64,000 bases of DNA. Origin: Blasia pusilla (taxonomy: Eukaryota). The position numbers and the translations under genes are program-made. Location: the NCBI GenBank assembly GCA_050084515.1, contig CM114271.1, positions 44,516,001-44,580,000 of the forward strand, read 5' to 3'. The notes beneath the pieces are model-generated. The model did no database searches and was not told the origin of the DNA. It saw only the letters and a list, made by a program, of their open reading frames with translations. Below are positions 1 through 12,116 of this stretch, in pieces. The stretch's first letter is position 1. The number at the start of each line of letters is the position of its first letter.

Positions 1-745
1 CTGGTCGTAGAAGAACTTGCACTTGCCTAGATGTAGCTTCAACCCATGAAATTGCAATCGTCGAAACACCTCCTCTAGATGTCGCTCATGCTCCTCAACC
101 GTGGCGCTAAAGACTACGATGTCATCAATATAACACCTAGAAAAATCCAGACCAGCCAAGATCCTATCCATGACCCTCTGAAACTCACCCGGGGCATTCT
201 TTAACCCAAATGGTAAGAACCACCACTGATACAAACAATCCTTCTCGTAAGGATCGATGCCCCAAAATGTCGTCTTCTGCCTGTCCTCCAATCTGATAGG
301 CAACTGATAGTATCCGGCTCACAAATCCAATGAACTGAAAACCTTTGCATGACCAATGGCATCGAAGATCTCCTCAGGGGTGGGCATGGCATACCTATCA
401 GACTTTGTCTGCCGATTGATAGGTCGGTAATCCCCACACATCCGCCTATCTGTCCAGTTGCCATGCACATCCTTCTTGGACATACTCCCCATGCGACATC
501 TCCAGTAGTCCTGCTCCAACCAAGTCCTGGCTCCTACTCTGAATCAGAGCCCTCTCCATATCACTGTACCTATAGGGTCGTCGGAAGATCGGCGTATCAC
601 TCGACAACTCAATGCGGATCCCCAGTCCCTTCAGCATACCCAAATCCTCCATGCTAAACGCAAAGCAGCTCCTATAACTCTTGAGGAACTGATGTATTCG
701 GCGCCGCTCTCCTCCTGTCAACTTAGGGCCCATATGTGGCTCCAA
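1..745 (-). pseudogene. Gypsy reverse transcriptase (frameshifted, truncated by window edge)
   Basis: PIFRRPYRYS, RMCGDYRPINRQT..DRYAMP, VFSSLDL, PFGLKNAP, YIDD at 121-132. Confidence 0.92.
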
Positions 746-799
746 AGTCTCTATCGTGACTACGGTAGGACTCTCCTATGCGGGTATCGGTGGTTGCTA

Positions 800-3700
800 T
801 GGTGCAACCCTAACCCTACCACACACAGAGAACGAAATTTGCAATGAGAGAATGAGTGGAGGCTGGTCCTCTTCTCAATTATATAGGGTATGTACAAGCA
901 ACCCTAACCCTACCCTTAACCATAGTCTCGAGTTAGACTAACTGTGATGAACTAACCTTAGTTAAGATAACCATGCTTAACTGACTAACCAAGATTAAGC
1001 TTCCCTACTTCGTACCAAATGTAGTAGTTCACGTGTCTCATGAGCTTGATTGTAACTCAATCTTCAATACTCCCCCTCAAGCTCATATCGATATCTCTAA
1101 CGCCTATATCCTTTCTAAACATCTCAAACTTATCTCTAGACAATGCCTTTGTAAAGATGTCAGCAATTTGTTGATCTGTACCTATATACACAAGATCAAT
1201 TTCTCCTACAAGCACTTTCTCTCTGATAAAATGATAGTGTGCCTCAACATGCTTTGTACGAGCATGAAACACAGAGTTATTAGCAAGCTTGATGCTACTA
1301 ATATTGTCTACATATATTACACTAAGTCCTAAGTTACTAACACCAATCTCAACAAGTAATCGATGAAGCCACACCGCCTCACATGCTGCATTGGTTGCTC
1401 CTCTGTACTCAGCCTCTATTGAAGATAAAAAAATTGTAGGTTGCTTCTTTGAAGCCCAACTTATAGCTACGCTTCCCAAAGTAAATGAATAACCAGATGT
1501 GGAGTATCGATCAGACACGCTTCTTGCCCAATCAGCATCTATGAATCCCTGTAATTGAAAACTTGGAGAAGGTTCAAATTAAATCCCGAATTGAATAGAG
1601 AATTTCATATACCGCATAATCCTCCTCACAGCATCAAGGTGAGGTTTTCGAGGTGCTTGCATAAATTGGCTCACTAGGCCAACAACATAGCTCAAATCTG
1701 ATATGGTTATAGCTAGATAGATCAAACTTCCAACCATGGGCCTGTATATATTAGAATCTGTAAGCAACTCTTCTTCATCGACTCTTAGATTCACGCTCTG
1801 GTCCAACGGTGTAGAGATTGGCTTACAAGCCGTCATACCATATTTTGAAAGCATATGAAGAGCATATTGTCGTTATAGTAACCACATGCTCTCTCCAATC
1901 TTGATAAACTCAATACCAAGGAAGTACTTGAGTTCTCCCAAGTCCTTCATATCAAATTTTGCTTGTAACTTAAGCTTGACTTGTTGTACCATTTCTTCAG
2001 TATCCCCAGTAATCAAGAGATCGTCAACATACAACACAATGAGAACTGTATGATCTTGTCCTCTCAAGACATATAACGAGGAGTCAAAATCACATACCCT
2101 AAAACCTGACTCTTGTAGGACATATGTAATCTTGCCATACCGAGCTCTTGCAGCTTGTTTGAGCCTATATAGAGCTTTCTTCAACCTGCATACGCGAAAT
2201 GGAAACTTGGGATGCTCGTATCGAGGTGGTTGAATATATATATCTCCTCGTATAGATCTCCATTCAAGAAGGCATTCTTGACATCCATGTGATATAATCT
2301 CCACTTCTTACTTACTGCAATTGCAACCACTGTTCTCGTAGTCGCCATCTTTGCAACATGGCTAAATTTTTCCTCATAATCGATACCATATTGTTATGCA
2401 TAGCCCTTAGCCACCAATCTCGCTTTGTATATGTTAATTGTACCATTTTGATTATGCTTGATTTTGTAAACCCATTTGCAAACAATAGCTTCCTTACCGG
2501 AAGGTATATCAACCAACTTCCATGTTTGTTGATGTCTTAATGCAACAAGCTCTTCCTCCATAGCTTCAACCCCTTCGATTTTACTTGCAACTTCTTCAAA
2601 ATAACTCGGCTCCTATTCTTGAAGGATAGTCATCATATATGCATGATGTGTCGTAAGGAAACCTTCATTTATAAATCTATGAATTGGATGTGTAACTCTA
2701 CTTGATCTACAAAGTTGTTGATCAGAGGTAGATGCGTCTAACATCTGACCCGAGCTCTGACTAGTGTCAACACACTTAATACGTACTCTTCCCGTCCATG
2801 GACTCATAGATTTAACTGATGAATCTAGGACTTCTCATAATCCTCCACTAGTACTCGGGGAAGTTGAAGACAATGTCTATTGGTTTACAGTCATATTCCA
2901 CCCCTCAACACGCGAGTTTAGAGGTCGAATAGGCTTAGATGGAGCATACCATGACTTTAGCTCATCAAAGACAACATCCCAACTAATAATAAGATGCCTA
3001 GAGGATGGAATGTAGCACTTATATCCCTTAGTTCCATCAGCATAGCCAATGAAGATACATTTTTCAGACTTGGGGTCTAATTTCTGACGTCTCTCAGAAG
3101 GAACATGAGCATAGCAAATACAGCCAAATACTTTCAAGAAGGAAAAATCAGGTTTATTTCTTGTGAAAACTTTGAATGGAGTTTTATTATGAACTCTTAC
3201 TGTTGGAGTTTGGTTGATTAAGAAGAGTGCACATGCTACAGCCTATGACCAATACACCTTAGGCATGTTCTCATTCAACATAGCTCATGCCGCTTCAGCA
3301 ATATGTCGATTCTTCCTCTCAGCCACTCCATTTCGTTGTGGAGTGTAACGGCAAGTCACTTGATATTGGATGCCATTCTGACGTAAATAGTTATCAAACT
3401 CTGTTGAAATATTCTCTCCTCCTCCATCACAACGCAATTTCAGAATGTGTTGTCCAGTCTGCTTCTCTACTAGAACTTTGAATGTTTGGAACACTGAGAA
3501 TACCTCTTACTTGGCTTTCAGAAAGTATACCCATATGTACCTAGAGAAGTCATCAATAAATGAAACCAAGTATTAGAAACCACTAAGGCTATGTTGTGAT
3601 GTTGTCCACACATCACTGTGGATCAACTCCAATATCTTGGATACTATTCTACCTTGCTTTGGAAAAGGAAATCTTCCTTGTTTTCCAAATTGGCAAGCAA

Positions 3701-5713
3701 GACATACCTCTAACGTAGCAGGACTCGCTAATTTAGGGAGTCATATTACTATATTAGATGATAAAAGACTCAGTAATCTTTGAAGATTCATATGTCCAAT
3801 TCTTTTATGCCACACATTTAGATCTGTGACTTGTTGGCCGGTTTGAGCATACATTATTGTTTGAATCTCTAGCATAGAAACATCTAATTTGAACATTCTG
3901 CCAGATCTAGTTCTTTTGGCTATCGTAGTCTGGTCATCCATTGTTTCCGAAGGAGGCTTGGGATGCATTGGAAAAGCTGTTCCAGACATCTACAAAGGCC
4001 AGTAAGCTTCAATTGAAACAACAATTGAACGAAGTGAGGAAAGGATCGCGGAGCATCGATGATTATATTTTGAATATTATATATATTGTTGATGAGTTGA
4101 ATAGCATTGGAGAGATAGTAGAAGATGCTGATTTGATTTTATTCACTCTTCAAGGCCTTCCAAAGGATTACAAGTCCTTTGAGACCTCTATCTCTGTGAG
4201 AGAGAAGTATCCAATCTTTCAAGAGTTAGTTCCTCTGTTGATCAGTGAAGAGATCGGCCTAGTAGGCAGCGGTAGGCCTCGTCTAGTTTGCAAGAGAGTG
4301 CGCTATTTGCAGGTTATGGATCAAACCGAGGCAGGGGTAGTGGCAAAAACTTCCGTGGTCGTAATGGATATCAAGCATATGGAGGAAGAGACACTCAATA
4401 TAACGTCACTCAATCAACTACGAACTAGTACCAGACACAATCACAAGGTGGTGATGGTGGAAACCATTGGGGTTGAGGTCAGCAACAGAAGGTCCCTGGA
4501 TCTTGCAATTACTGTGGGATAAAGGGTCACTATGCAAAGTTTTGCTTCAAGACGAAGGCACATATGAGAAAAGGAGCCTTACAACAACAAAACTATGTAA
4601 AGCAACAATACCAAGAGGAGTACCAAGAACAATAATATTCACAAACGGAGCATCTCTTGGTCATGACTCATCATATGGGAGCAATGGTCAAGAAAGACTC
4701 GACAATAGATTGGTACATTGACTCTGGTACATCAAATCACATGACTTCACAAGCTAAATGGTTCAGTAGTTTGGAGCCGGTGAAAGATCTTGTAATTGTG
4801 CTCACAGGAGATGACACTCAACATCATATCACGCATACTGATAAAGTTCCAATAGCATAAGATGGTCTTTGTGCTCTTGGAAATGTTCTCTATGTTCCTA
4901 CCATTGCAAGAAATCTGATCACTGTAGGATAGATAGTAGAACATGGTTATTAAGTGAAGTTTAACGCACATGGTTGTTTCATTGAAAAAGTGGATGATCA
5001 GACTACAATAGCCAAAGGAATTAGATCTGGAAAAATATTCAAATTAGATGTTTCTATGCTTGAAGATTGAGTTTCCGAAGGAGATGTGGGATTCTCTACA
5101 AGCCAATTCCGACTAGTTCTTTCATACAGTTGATCAATTTTGGCAAATTTCATGTCTAAGCCTCCTTTAGAAACCATGGATGAACCAAAAATTGACCAAA
5201 AATTTGCCAAAATTGATAAATTGTATGAAAGAACTAGTCAAAATTGGCTTGTAGAGAGCAAACTGCACAACTTTTCTTCACTAATTGCACTTTCCTACAC
5301 TGAAATTGCTACTGCATGAGCTCAAAGAGTCAAAATCAAGCAATTTTGGATGCATTGAAAAGCTTTCGACGAGCTCTACCAGAAAGCTAGAACCAATTGT
5401 TGGCATCATTCTAGCTAAAGCGGACCCAGACGGCTGAATCGATCGGGAAAGCCCTAAAAAATGCCTCCAAAGTTTTATCACCGTCAAAGCTCCACCTGAA
5501 ATCTGCACCCACTAAGCTCTGAATAAAATTTCTTTCTCCCAAACTGAAATTGTGCCTTCTCTTGCCTCTCTCCTCTCTTCAAATACCAAGAATTTCAAGT
5601 GATGTTCTCCTCCCGCTCTGATATCATATGACAAACTGCTAAACAAGCATAATTGGTGGAAAACGGCTCTCACACACATCCCCCCCCATGGAGAACGAAA
5701 TTTGCAATGAGAG
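800..5713 (-). mobile_element. Decayed, internally rearranged Ty1/Copia LTR retrotransposon
   Basis: RNase H (ISWASKKQ, EAEYRG, ARTKHVE, ADIFTKAL; 1057-1518). RT (LKKALYRLKQA, LYVDDLL; 1873-2304). Integrase (LRCDGGGE, TPQRNGVAERKNR; 3285-3494). PPT GAGGGGGAG on - at ~1069-1078. PBS-like TGATATCAGAGC on - at 5615-5626. LTR remnants ~800-1066 and 5629-5713 share GAGAACGAAATTTGCAATGAGAG. Confidence 0.9.
3941..5070 (+). pseudogene. Copia gag (UBN2-like, CCHC knuckle) and protease, inverted relative to the rest of the Copia pol
   Basis: PKEAWDALEKLF...TLQGLPKDY; knuckle CNYCGIKGHYAKFC at ~4504-4545; protease WYIDSGTSNHMT in ORF 4657-4860. Confidence 0.88.
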
Positions 5714-5829
5714 GATCTCGCCCCCAGCCACTACCTCCACCGTCTCGGTAGGCATGGAGCTCACTAACGCAACCCAGCTGTGATCTGTCGCGATCTCATA
5801 CGACGCTGCTCAGCCACTCCCAAGCTGAA

Positions 5830-6768
5830 GATCCATGTCGTGAAGTTCAGATCCATCGCTTGACCCAAGACATGGCGTCGTGATGCCTTTGACACTGACG
5901 GTACTGCCGTCACTCTTGTGGGAAATCCCATCGCTCGCTCTCCCTCGTCGACGTTGGGCTCCACCAACCGCTGAACCTGGTCATCCCAAACCAAGCTTGA
6001 ACCGGCCTCCTTGTATGCATAGAAAGCAGGAAAACTCACAAACGTGGGCAAGGCTACCCGCGGCCTATATACCCTATTGACCACAGTCAACGGTGGTCGA
6101 TCATCGTGCCTCACTACCTGTGATCGACGACATGGATCCATAATGGAATCCACTAACAAATGGGAGGGGCGCTCCACTCTCGCATACGCCCTGTGGAACA
6201 CCGCATGGGGCACCAAGTTGGTCCACCATGGACGCGGGAGATGGGCTCTAGAACCTACACTTTCCGCATCGAAGAACATTGCTGGGCCGATCCAGGCACG
6301 CACTTGATGAGCACTCGTCACCATCCGTGACGTGGAGACTCCTAAGATTGGTATATTCTCCAGAATGTAGGCTGGAGAACAAGACTGGTGCTCCTACAAC
6401 TGCCATAAAACCCTCAACATCTCCCAAAATAACCTGGACCGAGTGTCAGTCAACCCGCTGTCTCGTCCAGCACTCGATTGGCCCTGACATGGCCGAGCGG
6501 CAATGACCGATTCAATGGTCCCTACCCGCTCTAAGTTCTACGCTCCCAACAACGAAATATCCCTTGGTAGGGAACTTTGGTACCCCAATACCGCGGACGC
6601 AGACAATAAGTTGGGAAAATATAGGCGTAACTGCACCACATGTCGTAGTGAGACGCGCCTCGCAACATCATCACTCTCCACATACATGTACTCTTGTACT
6701 CGCACTCATGCTTGCAAAATAGCAGCTAACCCGGTGCTAATCCCTCCAAAGAGATCTAACACTCGAAT
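5830..6768 (-). pseudogene. DNMT3-like C5-cytosine DNA methyltransferase domain inside Gypsy pol (3 in-frame stops)
   Basis: Single reading frame. Motif I IRVLDLFGGISTGLAA (starts 6768); motif IV VIAARPCQGQSSAG (PCQ at 6492-6484); motif V GLTDTRSRLFWE; motif VI YILENI (6360); motif VIII DAESVGSRAHLPRPWWTNL; motif IX EGERAMGFP; motif X RRHVLGQAMD. Stops at 6708, 6540 and 6396. Confidence 0.9.
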
Positions 6769-9700
6769 ATCCTCCTCCGGGATACATCACACAATGGATG
6801 TGGTATCCAAGGGTATCATCGTAGCACTCCTTGCTACCTCGGGTTCCTTAGATCCGTCACATTCTGATGCAAACGCCTCGCTCCATGCGGTCTGCACGTG
6901 CTCATCTGCCAATTTTCGAAGCTCCTCAGTCAAGCCTCACAACGGCACCTCTCCTCCACGGAATGATGCGGCTACCATAACACTCCTCTCCATAGAAATG
7001 TCAAGAACGGGAGTATCCTCTGCATGGACATGTCCCTCAATCAAATCACTAGGCCAAGTGATGGCACTGCTAAATGCTGCTAAGGTCGCCACTTCTCCTG
7101 ACCGTCGCTCGATCACTACACCTGTGGATCGAACGGGTAATGAGCTAAGGCGCCCATCACCTGACTGCCATCCTGGTATGTAGGACGCTGAATCCTCCCA
7201 GTAATCCAGGGAAAACCCCATCGGGTATAACACTGCTCCACCAACCAAGATGTCGTAGGACTCTGCATCAGTCACTATCGCGTTGGCTCGCACCACGGAC
7301 TCATGTGTAGGATGTCACGGGCGAATCCTCACCACGACCTCTTGTTGGGTGCTATATTGTGTGGTACTCGCTCCACACAAGGATGTCTATATCCGGAATG
7401 GATGACGCTCCACATCGGCTCTCGTCAAGCCCAATCCTCTAAATGACGCTATCCCCAACATCAGGGGTTGAGCTCCTCAATCCAACAAGACGCGCTGCGG
7501 ACTAAAAGCTCTACCTCCAGGACTCACCAACTGGAAGACCTCTCCTCGGTTATCCAGCAACACAACACCAGGAGAAGCCATGGCACGCTCTATCGGGGGT
7601 CTAGCGGGCATCTCCGCCATCCTAGCAGCTGCAGCCTGCCATGAATCTGACGTGGACGGCCCGAGCATCCGCTCCAAGGGCAAGTCCATCACCTCCTCTG
7701 CAATCACCTCTGAACGTGATGCAAGAACTCCAACTCCATGCTCACATAGCGTAGCGGCCAGCCAAAAAGCCTCGGCGGGCGTACCCCCCAATGTCATAAC
7801 ATCGGAAGCAGAAAATAAAGGAGCACGATACACAATGGTGGCCGCCCCCCAACAACTTGCTCGACGCATGCCCCTCTTGAGCATCAACAAAAGGAGTCGT
7901 CACACTCGCTTCTCCCATCGCCCTCCGTGCTTGCACACCAACAACATCACCAACTCTCCACGAATTCTGATTAGGACCCATCGATGGAGTCCTCATCGCC
8001 TCGGACAACGTGAAAGACTGAGGAAGCCTAGTATGTTTCCTGGCTTCCCCTCGCGGTGGCCAACTCTGCGGCTGCCTTGCACATCCAACCACGATCCTCC
8101 ATATCTCTCGCTACTCCATATTATGTCGATGCCACGGATCTCGCATCGGGTAATCTCAATGCCATAACAACAATCTACTCTTATAGCTGATGTATCTGAG
8201 CAGCCATCCTAGCCTCACGCCTAGCATCTCCCTCCACGCGTCTAGCTGGTAGGACTCTACCTCCTCCACGGGCAGTTCCACCTCCGTGTCGGGCAACTCC
8301 AACTCCTCGTCCCCCAACGGGACCACCTGGTGCACGATCTCTAGGCCCCCCCAGACCAGCTACTTACTCTGGTGCCCTCTCTGGCCCTCGGTCCGGACGT
8401 AACTCAGGATGTAAACTGAAACAACTAGCGCGTGTATGACCATACCTCTAAGAATAGTCACACTGATAACCTCCTGGTGCAACACCGTCTCCTCCTCCAT
8501 GTTGAGACACATGTCCATGACCCTGAGGAGTGCAATCGCGCTGATGATGGCTCCAGCACATGACCAACAAGTAATAGTAGGCTGCTGTTGCTGAGCCGCA
8601 TATGAAGGCGCAGGTCTCTATGGCGCGGCCTCCCGGTATCCTCCCTGAGCTCATGGTGCCACAGTCGACCTATCTCGGAGTCCACGTTGCTGCACAGATG
8701 GTGCAGACAATCGCGACTGCTCTCGCCGAGAACCCATGGTGGCTACGCTCTCCTCCGCCATGTTGCGCTCAATGTTCTCGGCGGTCCTAAGAACATCTCT
8801 CAACGTAGGGAAGGTATTCATAAGAATCACCCCTCCTGCACCCGTGTCCGCAGGGTTCGGTCCAGCATCGCGTACCAAGACTGGATAGCCTGAGCCTTTG
8901 TCACCCCTGAGTGACGTTGATCAACCAGCACAAGTGAGTGTAAGCCTCACGCAAACTCTCACCTGGGCGCCTCAAGAAGTTGTGGATGCTCCGTAACTTC
9001 TCCGTCCGTACCCCTTAGTAGCTCGTCCTCAACTCAGCAAAGAACTCAACCACGAGGTTGAACCTAGGACGAACCCGACTAGACGGTGTAACTGCTCTCA
9101 TGCGAGTGACCCCTCCTAAAGCGTCACTCGTGGAAGAGGTAGTAGCCTCTCCTCACTCCTCCTCCTCATCTGGGAACGGCTCCGTCCATGACACATAATG
9201 TGGGTCATAGTAGAGCCTCCACGCCTCGATCTCATGTGCATATCTGTGAGAGAACTCATGGTAATCGTCCATGGGCGCCCCCTCTAAATGCTCAAATATA
9301 CCGTTCCATGTTGTAAATGGGTTTAACTTTCTAGAGTTCCTGGCCCGCAGGGAGTCGCACCAACTCCTAAACTCTGCTATGAAATCATGCAACTCAATCG
9401 TACCTACAGCACCTGAAAACCTACACGGTCCTCTTCCTTGGTCGTCCATCTTGTACGCCTAACTGGTAGGACCACTCTCAATGTGCGGTGATATGCTCAC
9501 AAACTCCTCTACATCCTCCCCCCTGTCTGACGATGACACAGAAGGAGGTCGAGGTGGTCCCTCACGTGGAGACCCTCGGAACCTCGTGCCACTCTGCGTA
9601 AAATCTCTAGAGCTACTCTCGGGTTCACCACCTCCCCTCTCAAAGTCCCGAATGGACGCCGTGATGACCCTCGTGCCCCTCTCACTCGATCACTCTCAAC

Positions 9701-11027
9701 CTCATGAGTAATCCCTGAATCACTCATCCCAAACATGCGGCACTCGATCTACACTCTCCCTCCCCGAGACATGTAACATGCGGCAACAGCGGCGTGGTGC
9801 GGTAAATCGACGAGGCTATCATCTTATCGACAACCTACCCTCAACTCCGGACATCCCACACAAGTCTATGTACCCTAAACCACATACATAAATGATGCTC
9901 TCAACATCCACAAAACCCAATATCCCCAAATAAACTACCCAAAACCCAAAATCCCTCACGCGTGCAAGGTTAAGGACCATAATGGATAACTTGAATACAT
10001 GTCGATGTCGCTCCTCAAAAATTGCAAATCTTGACCCGAACTTGGTCGTGGAGACAATTCCTCCAATCAGCAAGTCATACTCCTCCCGTACTAATGCTGC
10101 TCAAAACTCCTCGATAGACAATGCGGTTCCAGTGGAACGGTGCGGCGTTGCAGGCGGTACGAAACGGCTATGAACCGCACGACCCTCGATAGTGGGATGC
10201 GGCACTCGGTGGCATACCCTCATCAATCAACAATAAACCCACACTCTTCTCCACAATGACGGAGTGGTTCCATGATCGGGACGGTGCGGTGCGGCCACGA
10301 GCGACACGGAGCGGCAATCGGCGGTGCGTTGCGGCTACGGGCATCACGGCACGGTACTCGATCGTCGTCGAGTGGCTACCAATCACAACATAGCAGGATG
10401 AAATCAAAACTCAAACACCATAATTGAAGGTCATCTGCCATCACTGGTTGATGACGAAACTGCGATGACGGTGGCGGCCAAAACAAAGTACGTGGTGGCA
10501 ATGAACGGGGAGATCCGGGGTTTAGTGTATTCGTAGCCGGCAGTTTTTTGAAATTGCCGTCTTTGCTCCAGAGAGGCCAGCGGAGATTCCGGCGTATATG
10601 ACCGAGTTCCCGGAAGTAGGCAGAGTAGAGTCAATAGAGCCGAAAACTCCCCGGGAATTTCAGAGGCTCGACCAGAATTACATCGGCGACGGGAGGAGAC
10701 ACCTGAAATTGACCGATTTTATATTCCGGGATCACGGAATACTACTAGAACAGTTTCCGGCAACCGGAAAACTGATGACTTGTGATTGGAGGGGAAATGG
10801 AGGGACGGATATGCACTCTTGTGGCAGTTAAAAATCCTGGCCGCACAATAGAGGGTTTACCAAAACCCCAAAATCCGCCGCATCCTAAACCTTCACTGCC
10901 CTCCGAGAACCGTTCGATGCCTCATCCGAGCGACACCGAGCAAACCAGGTGCCGCGATTCCCATGAACAGGGGTGAGAGGGTGCGGACTCGGAGTCAGGC
11001 CTGGGGACCGTGGGGTATCTCCTCTCC

Positions 11028-11425
11028 GGCTCATTGTGCACGCTGCTTTGCTCTAGCCTCTAAGCCGCGGCTCTGCGTTTTGCACTCTTGCTCTTGCACC
11101 TTCGATTGCTCTCGCGCCTTTTCTGCCGACTCGCTCTTGCACCTTCGATTGCCATCGCGCCCTTACTGCTGGCGCTCTTGCTCGTTGTTGCGCTCTTGCA
11201 CCTTAGATTGCCGCTTTGCTAGGCTCATTGTGCAGGGTCGCTTTGCTCTGTTGTAAGCCGCGGCTCTGGATTTTGCACTCCTGCTCGCTGACTCGCTCTT
11301 GCACCTTCGAGGCTCTGATTGGTGTCGCGCTCTTGCCTGTTGAGCGCTCTTGGTCATTGGGAACCTGTCACTGCGTTCTTGCATGGTTAGGACGCTCTTG
11401 CCTGGTATTTGCGCTCTTGCTCGTT
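11028..11425. repeat. Imperfect tandem repeats (GCTCTTGCACCTTCGATTGC-type units; ~195 bp higher-order duplication) upstream of the hAT transposase
   Basis: GCTCATTGTGCA at ~11028 and ~11223; TAAGCCGCGGCTCTG at ~11061 and ~11254; many GCTCTTG units. Possibly subterminal repeats. Confidence 0.6.
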
Positions 11426-12116
11426 GATGCGCTCTTCTGCTATTATGTCTTGTTTTTAGTGCCCGTTTCCTTTCTTTCTTTGCGTTGAGAGCGACTGTTC
11501 CGAAACGTGTCTTTTCTTGCCGAACTTCGGCCGCCTTTCGTTCGTGCTACAACTCATAGTTGTGTCTCTCACTTTGACATGCTTCCGCTCTTGGAGTTTG
11601 AGTGCTATTCTCTAAACCTTATCAGCCCGCGTTCATAGGTCTCTTCTTTGCCTTGTACCCACGCTTTTGCTCTTGTTGCGGTTCCGTAGTTCGTTGCAAG
11701 ATCATTAGTCGCCTTGTAACCACGCTGCTAGCAATCTTTGTGTCATCTTTGCAAAGCCCTAGTCATGCCGAATGTCCTCACCCAGATGTCTCCTTGATGA
11801 TGAATTTGGTCGAGCTTGATTATGGCATCGATTGAGATCGATTGCTCTCTACTGTTGTAGCTTTTGCTGTACTACATCAGAGATCCTACTGTTGCTCATA
11901 ACTTGTGCATTGGGGCAGCATAGGCTTCTTCTTGACTTCATTAGTTTAAGACATTTAGAGTCGTAGTTTCCTGTGCTTGACGATGTGAGTGGGTTCAGAT
12001 TGTGGCATTCTACACCTCTTACTCATAGCACTATTCATAATACCCTCACACACGGCCTCTGTGTACTCTCGACTCAAGACTTCCCTAGCTTTGCCCTACT
12101 TTGGATTGGGTTTGGT

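Larger units (their letters stand above)
1..9449 (-). mobile_element. Decayed Ty3/Gypsy LTR retrotransposon, order gag - Zn knuckle - aspartic protease - C5 DNA methyltransferase - RT; split by a Copia insertion at ~800-5713; continues past the window start
   Basis: Gag-like ORF 9153-9449. Degenerate CCHC knuckle near 8420-8465 (CDYS*RYGHTRASC). Protease RVLLD*GAQPLMLG at ~7450-7495 and YDILVGGAVL in ORF 6937-7296. MTase at 5830-6768. RT motifs RMCGDYRPIN...FSSLDL (ORF 319-519) and PFGLKNAPGEFQRVMD...YIDDIVV (~112-213). 5' LTR not identified. Confidence 0.9.

Noticed and set aside
6503-8167. Long plus-strand ORFs 6503-7183 and 7580-8167
   Set aside because: Antisense shadows of the Gypsy protease/MTase frame with no motifs of their own
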